Assembly (NCBI GenBank): GCA_937125225.1
Contig: CAKZLE010000018.1
Location: 64,142-128,141 of the forward strand
DNA: 64,000 nt
Origin: an uncultured Spirochaetia bacterium
GTDB lineage: Bacteria > Spirochaetota > Spirochaetia > CAKZLE01
Direction: 5' to 3'
This document shows positions 58,505-64,000 of the stretch, in pieces. A program made the translations under genes and the position numbers. A model generated the notes under the pieces. It searched no databases and was not told the origin of the DNA. It was given only the letters and a program-made list of their open reading frames with translations. Positions within the stretch are counted from its first letter, which is position 1, and the number at the start of each line of letters is the position of its first letter.

Positions 58505-59649
58505 ACAGAAGAGACTATATGCTTTTTGATGCACATCAGGAGATGTTTGATGCCTACGTGTATCAGTTCATCGTCAATGAAGAGGACGTGCTCTATAAAG
58601 GACGTCACATCTTCGATGAGTACTACAGACCCGTACTTGATGCACAAGGTGTCAAGTTCGTGAATATGTCAGTAGGAGGGGATCATGTAGCTCAGATACT
58701 CTATAGTGCTGCTGAGGATAGATTCTGGGACGCTCATAAGAAGCTCGACATCCTCAATACCGACCTTGAGGCAGGAAGTGATTCCTTCATCATCTGCAGG
58801 AATGCAGCTGATATCGATAGAGTGCTAGCCTCTGATGCGATAGGGATCTTTGTGAAGATCTCAGGAGGAAGGCCTCTTCAAGGAAAGAAGAACTTGAATA
58901 TTCTTGCGAATCTGAGATCCTTATACCGATCAGGACTTCGATCTGTACAGCTGACCGGTAATGGTAGAAACAGGTTGGGGGACGGAGTCGCTCAAGAGAG
59001 AAGCCGAGGTAAGCTGACCAACTTTGGTTCAGAGGTGGTCAAAGAGGCTGATAGACTAGGGATACTCCTAGACTCCTCACAGCTTTCAGATCATGGTTTC
59101 TATGATCTTGTAGAACTCACTGACTCACCGATCATTGATTCTCATACCGGAGCAAAGGCGCTCTGTGATCATCCGAGAAACATAGATGATAAGAGGATCA
59201 AACGGATCGCAGAGAGTGGTGGACTGGTAGGAGTGAGCTTTTTAGCAGCATTGATCGCAGGCGAGAAGGAGTCTCCTTCTCTCGATGATCTCATCGGTCA
59301 GATCGATCATATAGTTGAGATAGCGGGGATCGATCATGTCGCTTTAGGTCCAGACTATTGTGCCTATCAGACTCCTAAGAATAGAGAGGTCATCAAAGGG
59401 TATGCGAATCGTGGCCCCTATTTCTGTGAGTTCGATCGACTCACTCCTATGCAGAGTGAGAAATATCCTGGGATCGTAGAAGGGATTGACTATGGGATCA
59501 GGAAGAGTGACTACATCAGTGGTCCTGATCACCATGAGAAGTTTCCTCAAGTCATCCCCGCTCTAGAGGCTAGGGGATATTCGTCAGAGGATATCGCGAA
59601 GATCGGTGGGCAGAATATGTTACGGGTCTATAAAGAAGTACTGAGATAA
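58498..59649 (+). CDS. membrane dipeptidase, peptidase family M19 (paralog)
   Basis: LFDAHQE, DSHTGAKA, GPDY blocks. Overlaps the upstream M19 gene. Confidence 0.75.
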   Translation: MVDRRDYMLFDAHQEMFDAYVYQFIVNEEDVLYKGRHIFDEYYRPVLDAQGVKFVNMSVGGDHVAQILYSAAEDRFWDAHKKLDILNTDLEAGSDSFIICRNAADIDRVLASDAIGIFVKISGGRPLQGKKNLNILANLRSLYRSGLRSVQLTGNGRNRLGDGVAQERSRGKLTNFGSEVVKEADRLGILLDSSQLSDHGFYDLVELTDSPIIDSHTGAKALCDHPRNIDDKRIKRIAESGGLVGVSFLAALIAGEKESPSLDDLIGQIDHIVEIAGIDHVALGPDYCAYQTPKNREVIKGYANRGPYFCEFDRLTPMQSEKYPGIVEGIDYGIRKSDYISGPDHHEKFPQVIPALEARGYSSEDIAKIGGQNMLRVYKEVLR

Positions 59650-59667
59650 TACGAGGAGAGATCACAA

Positions 59668-60723
59668 ATGGCAGATGTACATAATAAGAACAAAGAACTC
59701 ATAGCACAACTGAGAGGTTGTCTCTATGATATCGAACCAGAAAGATTGAAAGGACAGTTGGAGGATATCTTCGCAGCCGATTGTGATATTCACCTCTCAT
59801 CTCCTTTCGAAGATATAGCAGGACCTGCAGAGTTCTATGAACGGGTATATGCTCCTCTTTTAGTGGCGATCCCTGATCTCGAAAGAAGAGATTTCATCAT
59901 GATGGCTGGAGACGCTGTCGAAGATACGAACTGGGTCGGTTGTGCCGGTAACTATGTAGGGGTATTCGAGAAGCACTGGCTTGATATTCCCCCTACCTAT
60001 GGGATGGTAGCTATGCGCTTCCATGAGTTCTATCGAATAGTAGATGGCAAGATCGTCGAGATGCAGGCTATCTGGGATATCCCACATCTGATGATGCAGG
60101 CAGATGCATGGCCCATGATGCCCTCTTTAGGGGTCAACTGGGTCGCACCAGCACCTGCGGTACAGAATGGACTGTCACTGCCAGAGAGAGATCCCGAGGC
60201 ATCTGCTGCAAGTCAGCAGTTGATCATCGATATGCTCGACGGGCTACAGAGACATGCTGAGTTCGGACCTGAGGGGATGGGACTCGATAAGTTCTGGCAT
60301 CCTAAGATGACCTGGTATGGTCCTGCAGGGATCGGGATGAACAGGAGGATCTCTGGCTTCAGGAACTGGCATCAGATACCCTTCCTCAAAGGTATGCCCG
60401 ATCGTGATATGAACCATGAGGTGAACAACTACTTCTTCGGAGATGGAGACTATGTAGGAGTCACTGCCTGGTCAGGGATGAGACTCACCATCAGTGAAGA
60501 TGGATGGCTCGGTATACCCCCAGTAGGAAAGGAGATCCTCATGCGTTCTCTCGACTTCTGGAGATGTGAGAAGGGCCTTATTCGTGAGAACTGGGTCCTT
60601 GTAGATATCTTACATGTCTATGATCAGATCGGAGTAGATGTATTTTCCCGTATGAGAGAATTGACGGTCGCTCGACAGCCGAACAGACCTGAGAACCTTA
60701 CCTGGGGTGGTAAGTTCCAATAG
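59668..60723 (+). CDS. tandem SnoaL/NTF2-like (ester-cyclase-like) domain protein
   Basis: Two ~150-aa repeats with NTF2-like cone patterning. Weak by-eye call. Confidence 0.45.
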   Translation: MADVHNKNKELIAQLRGCLYDIEPERLKGQLEDIFAADCDIHLSSPFEDIAGPAEFYERVYAPLLVAIPDLERRDFIMMAGDAVEDTNWVGCAGNYVGVFEKHWLDIPPTYGMVAMRFHEFYRIVDGKIVEMQAIWDIPHLMMQADAWPMMPSLGVNWVAPAPAVQNGLSLPERDPEASAASQQLIIDMLDGLQRHAEFGPEGMGLDKFWHPKMTWYGPAGIGMNRRISGFRNWHQIPFLKGMPDRDMNHEVNNYFFGDGDYVGVTAWSGMRLTISEDGWLGIPPVGKEILMRSLDFWRCEKGLIRENWVLVDILHVYDQIGVDVFSRMRELTVARQPNRPENLTWGGKFQ

Positions 60724-60910
60724 AAAAAAGGAAAGGATCCAATTTCCTCTAGATATTGTGTTTATCCAATTTCAGGCCGGTATGCGTTGCATATCGGCCT
60801 GTCTCGTTTGATTAATAGGGTAAGTCTCATGAGTTTTTATCTCTATACCTGTACAGGTGAGGGATTATCGTTCACACTGAACCATAGATCAGTGAAAGTC
60901 AGGAGGCGAT

Positions 60911-61441
60911 ATGATAGTCATCGAAGAGAGGGGATCAGAAGAGTTGAATGAGATCCTTCGTGTAGAGAGAGAGGCCTTTGGAGAGGATAGTGAGGCAGAA
61001 CTCACTGATGCCTTGATGCATGATGAGAGTGCCACTCCCTGGTTGTCTCTAGTCGCCTATGCTGATGGTGTAGCAGTCGGCCATATTCTGTTCACCCATT
61101 GCAGTCTTTCTGATGATGATCATTCACTGATGCTCCTAGCTCCTTTAGCAGTAGTTCCTGATCATCAGAAGATGGGTATCGGGGAGGCTCTGATCCGAAA
61201 GGGTTTCAAAATCTTGAAAGATAGGGGAGTCGAGGTGGTATTCGTACTTGGCCATCCCCGCTATTATCCCCGACATGGTTTTATCCCGGCGATCGGATTG
61301 GGACTCAAGCCACCATTCTACGATCCGCTTCAGGATGAGGCCTGGATGGTGCGAACCATCAGTGACTCACCGGTAGATCTCTCTGAGGGAATCGTAAAGG
61401 TCGCAGATGTCCTTATGCATGAAGAGATGTGGAGGGAGTAG
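60911..61441 (+). CDS. GNAT family N-acetyltransferase
   Basis: VVPDHQKMGIGEALIRKG acetyl-CoA binding motif A. Confidence 0.8.
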   Translation: MIVIEERGSEELNEILRVEREAFGEDSEAELTDALMHDESATPWLSLVAYADGVAVGHILFTHCSLSDDDHSLMLLAPLAVVPDHQKMGIGEALIRKGFKILKDRGVEVVFVLGHPRYYPRHGFIPAIGLGLKPPFYDPLQDEAWMVRTISDSPVDLSEGIVKVADVLMHEEMWRE

Positions 61442-61442
61442 G

Positions 61443-62360
61443 ATGGTAGAATTTGCGATAACCGCTCAAGGGCTTACTAAGAGCTTCAAGGATCTTGTCG
61501 CAGTCGATGATCTTGATCTTAAGATCAAGAAAGGTGAACTATTCTCATTACTTGGACCGAATGGTGCCGGAAAGACGACCACGATCAAGATGTTATCAAC
61601 GTTGATCTCTCCTACACGAGGAGATGCTCGGCTCCTCGGCTATGATATCAAAGAGCAACGGGAATCGGTGAGGAGAGTGACCAATGTCTCACCACAGGAG
61701 AATGCAGTAGCTCCGCATCTGAGTGTACGGGAGAACCTTGTTCTCATTGGTGGCTCCTATGGTCTAGAAAGATCGGTTATCAACAGGCGCTGTGAAGAGT
61801 ATATGGAAATGATGAATATAGCAGATAGAGCAAAGAGCCAGGCAAAGACCCTATCTGGTGGGCTGCAACGTCGGCTGAGTATCGCTATGGCTCTGATAAC
61901 AGATCCCGAGATCCTCTTTTTGGATGAACCGACCCTAGGTCTCGATCCTGAAGCAAGAAGGGAGTTATGGAAGTTGATCCTTGGGCTGAAGGGAGAGAAG
62001 ACGATCCTTCTTACCACCCACTATCTCGAAGAGGCAGATCAACTCTCAGACCGGTTATCGATCATGTCAGGGGGAAGGATCATTGCCTCAGGGACTCCTG
62101 ATGAGATCAAAGCTCAGTTCGAGGGGAAGAAGGAACTGACTCTTATCGGAAGAGATTTTCCTGCAGAGTTCAAGAGTGCTCTACCGTATGAGATCTCTCA
62201 AGTCGGTGAACGATTGACCCTATCTGGGGCAAAGATCGATGTAGATAGGGTGATCGAACTGATCGGTCTTCATGGAGTCTCTCTTGAGGGTATCTCCATG
62301 AAAGAACCCTCGTTAGAAGATGTCTACCTTCATCTGATAGGGAAGGAGGGAGAAAGATGA
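61443..62360 (+). CDS. ABC transporter ATP-binding protein (ABC-2/DrrA-like)
   Basis: GGAGGGAG RBS then ATG 61443. GPNGAGKTT, LSGGLQRRLSIAMAL. Confidence 0.8.
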   Translation: MVEFAITAQGLTKSFKDLVAVDDLDLKIKKGELFSLLGPNGAGKTTTIKMLSTLISPTRGDARLLGYDIKEQRESVRRVTNVSPQENAVAPHLSVRENLVLIGGSYGLERSVINRRCEEYMEMMNIADRAKSQAKTLSGGLQRRLSIAMALITDPEILFLDEPTLGLDPEARRELWKLILGLKGEKTILLTTHYLEEADQLSDRLSIMSGGRIIASGTPDEIKAQFEGKKELTLIGRDFPAEFKSALPYEISQVGERLTLSGAKIDVDRVIELIGLHGVSLEGISMKEPSLEDVYLHLIGKEGER

Positions 62361-63085
62361 GGTTCAAATATCTTGCAGGACGGACGATGAAGGAGATCTA
62401 CCGTGATCCTATCACGGTGATACTTGGGGTACTCATGCCGGTCCTCCTATTGTTACTCTTCTCAACCCTCATGGGTGATAATGAACTAGATCAATTCTCC
62501 CCTGATAATCTATTACCGGGTATCGTCGTCTTCAGTTATGCCTTTCTCACGATGTTCTCGGCTCTTCTTCTGGCAAAAGATAAAGAACAGTCCTTCCTCA
62601 CTCGATTGAGGACCTCTCCCTTGAGACCAACAGACTATGTGCTAGCCTATACACTTCCCTATATACCCATCGCGATCGTACAGACTTTTCTCTGTATGGC
62701 AGCAGCTCTTCTCATCGGGGTCACCATCTCTTTACACATGCTGACGGTGTTCGTCATCTTGATCCCGACCATGCTCGTCTCCATAGGGTTGGGGTTGGTG
62801 TTCGGGGTGCTTCTCACCGAGAATCAGGTATCTGCTGCCGGTTCGTTCGTCCTGGTCATAGCTTCACTGTTCAGCGGTGCCTGGATGGATCTCCGTATGA
62901 TCGGAGGGGTCTTTGAGACCGTCGGTTATGCCCTACCGTTTGCCCATGGGGTGGATGCAGCTAGGGCTATCCTTGCAGGTAGGGGGATAGCTGGATCAGT
63001 CATCGATCTCGTTTGGGTCCTCGGGTATGCAGTGGTGCTGTTCCTTGTGGGTACGGTGTCTTTCAGGAGGCTGTTAAGGAGTTGA
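62357..63085 (+). CDS. ABC-2 family transporter permease
   Basis: 6 TM, overlaps the ATPase stop. Confidence 0.7.
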   Translation: MRFKYLAGRTMKEIYRDPITVILGVLMPVLLLLLFSTLMGDNELDQFSPDNLLPGIVVFSYAFLTMFSALLLAKDKEQSFLTRLRTSPLRPTDYVLAYTLPYIPIAIVQTFLCMAAALLIGVTISLHMLTVFVILIPTMLVSIGLGLVFGVLLTENQVSAAGSFVLVIASLFSGAWMDLRMIGGVFETVGYALPFAHGVDAARAILAGRGIAGSVIDLVWVLGYAVVLFLVGTVSFRRLLRS

Positions 63086-63136
63086 TGTGATGCTATGGGG
63101 TATTCATTCTACGTAAGTTGCAATAAATAGGGTTTT

Positions 63137-63164
63137 AGTATAACATAAAGTGGTTAATACCACA
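63137..63164. promoter_or_regulatory. dre-like HutC/NagR-type operator (A-GTGGT-TAAT-ACCAC-A) preceded by TATAACATAAA
   Basis: Palindromic arms GTGGT/ACCAC identical to the DasR/NagR dre consensus arms. 22 nt upstream of the GntR start. Confidence 0.5.
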
Positions 63165-63185
63165 TAGATTTTGAAGGAGAATCAG

Positions 63186-63914
63186 ATGATCGCTCGTACG
63201 AATATACCACTTCATGAACAGATCAGAGATGATATACAGAGTAAGATCAATGACTCTATCTATAAGCAGGATGAGAAGATTCCAAGTGAGCGGGTACTAG
63301 CTGAACAGTATGGAGTCAGTAGAGTCACGATCAGGAACACGATCAATGATCTTGTCCATTTAGGGGTATTGTATCGGAGACATGGTTCAGGGACCTTCGT
63401 AAAGAAACCGGATGATATCAAATCTCACCTAAATAGAATGACTAGTGTCTTTGAACAGTTAGAGAATCTTGGTATGGATGTGAGAATCGAACTTATCAGT
63501 GAAGAGTATGTCGAAGCAAGCGAAGCAGTCCAGAAAGCTCTCCAATTGAAACCAGGTGATAAGGTCTACAGGATCCTACGTAAGGTCTATGCTAGTGAAG
63601 AACCCCTTCTGATATCTTATGTCCATACTCATGTCGAGGTGGGCAAGAAACTTGAGAATATCAATATGAACAAAGCAGTATTCCTCACCTCCTTAGAGGA
63701 TTTTGGGTATCAGATCCAATATGCTGAAGAGAAGATCAGAGCTATAAGAGCCAGTGAGTTAGAAAGGGAAGTCCTCAAGATCCATTCTGATACACCTCTC
63801 TTGAGTATCGAGAGGACTGTTTTCACCGCCAATGAAAAACCGCTATATATCGTGAAGGATCGAATTATCGGTGATCGATATTCACTTCATGTAATACTTC
63901 AGAGAAACCTCTAA
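63186..63914 (+). CDS. GntR family regulator, HutC subfamily (UTRA effector domain)
   Basis: RVLAEQYGVSRVTIRNTINDLVHLG HTH plus ~150-aa C-terminal domain. AAGGAGA RBS before ATG 63186. Confidence 0.8.
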   Translation: MIARTNIPLHEQIRDDIQSKINDSIYKQDEKIPSERVLAEQYGVSRVTIRNTINDLVHLGVLYRRHGSGTFVKKPDDIKSHLNRMTSVFEQLENLGMDVRIELISEEYVEASEAVQKALQLKPGDKVYRILRKVYASEEPLLISYVHTHVEVGKKLENINMNKAVFLTSLEDFGYQIQYAEEKIRAIRASELEREVLKIHSDTPLLSIERTVFTANEKPLYIVKDRIIGDRYSLHVILQRNL

Positions 63915-63974
63915 CAGCAGAATCTTCTAATGACAGAGATAATTAAAACTTTTCCTTGCTAAATTTAGAATTCC

Positions 63975-64000
63975 ATTATAACATATAAGTGGTATTAACC
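63975..64000. promoter_or_regulatory. second dre-like site (TATAACATATAA-GTGGT-ATTA-ACC...), truncated by the window end
   Basis: Direct repeat of the 63137-63154 module (17/18 nt identical). Its palindrome is the inverse of site 1. Confidence 0.4.

Noticed and set aside
1-64000. CRISPR arrays, integrases, transposases, phage genes, toxin-antitoxin pairs
   Set aside because: I looked for direct-repeat arrays, recombinase motifs and small paired ORFs and found none. The only direct repeat of note is the pair of dre-like promoter modules flanking the GntR gene.

Overview
Roughly 60 protein-coding genes plus one tRNA-Phe (GAA) are tightly packed on both strands. The content looks chromosomal, from a diderm bacterium, possibly Spirochaetota (an inference from LruC-domain, LolA-like and GH13_18 content only). 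I found no integrase, transposase, CRISPR array or phage gene. From left to right the window holds: (i) a partial Cache/PAS sensor, then an HAD-IIA phosphatase, a PHP/HisJ-type phosphatase, a KNTase-like nucleotidyltransferase, and a TPM-domain/LemA pair. (ii) A minus-strand glycoside locus: GT-A-like protein, LacI regulator, sugar ABC importer (substrate-binding protein plus two permeases), GH13_18 sucrose-phosphorylase-family enzyme and GT4-like glycosyltransferase. (iii) An 8-gene minus-strand envelope operon: YtrA-type GntR regulator, SPFH protein, ABC ATPase, two FtsX permeases, LolA-like periplasmic protein, outer-membrane beta-barrel candidate and a polytopic membrane protein. It has a perfect 16-bp inverted-repeat operator upstream. 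(iv) A major-facilitator-superfamily (MFS) transporter co-transcribed with a PlsC-like acyltransferase. (v) A complete panB-panC-coaC-coaB-coaX-panD pantothenate/phosphopantetheine operon with split coaBC. (vi) Housekeeping and assorted genes: tcdA, tatD, ribokinase, a PAS-GGDEF cyclase, standalone rfbB, an LruC-like lipoprotein, a secreted carbon-nitrogen hydrolase and a DOMON-like protein. (vii) A small AbrB-like gene followed by an 822-aa CoA-disulfide-reductase/rhodanese/TusA/DsrE fusion. (viii) gltX-glyQS-tyrS in tandem, then a NitT/TauT-type ABC importer, then tRNA-Phe with its own promoter and terminator. (ix) A membrane-anchored LuxR-type regulator with an unknown partner. (x) A plus-strand cluster of a GntR/LacI-hybrid regulator, two M19 dipeptidases, a tandem SnoaL-like protein, a GNAT and an ABC-2 exporter, ending with a HutC-type GntR gene flanked by two DasR/NagR-like dre motifs. 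The candidates I consider most worth follow-up are the LolA-like/outer-membrane-barrel envelope operon, the GH13_18/glycosyltransferase locus, the M19 dipeptidase cluster and the MFS-acyltransferase pair. An isolated 80-aa hyper-acidic ORF is also flagged. Nothing in the window is clearly a defence system; all functional calls are by-eye motif recognition without database searches.
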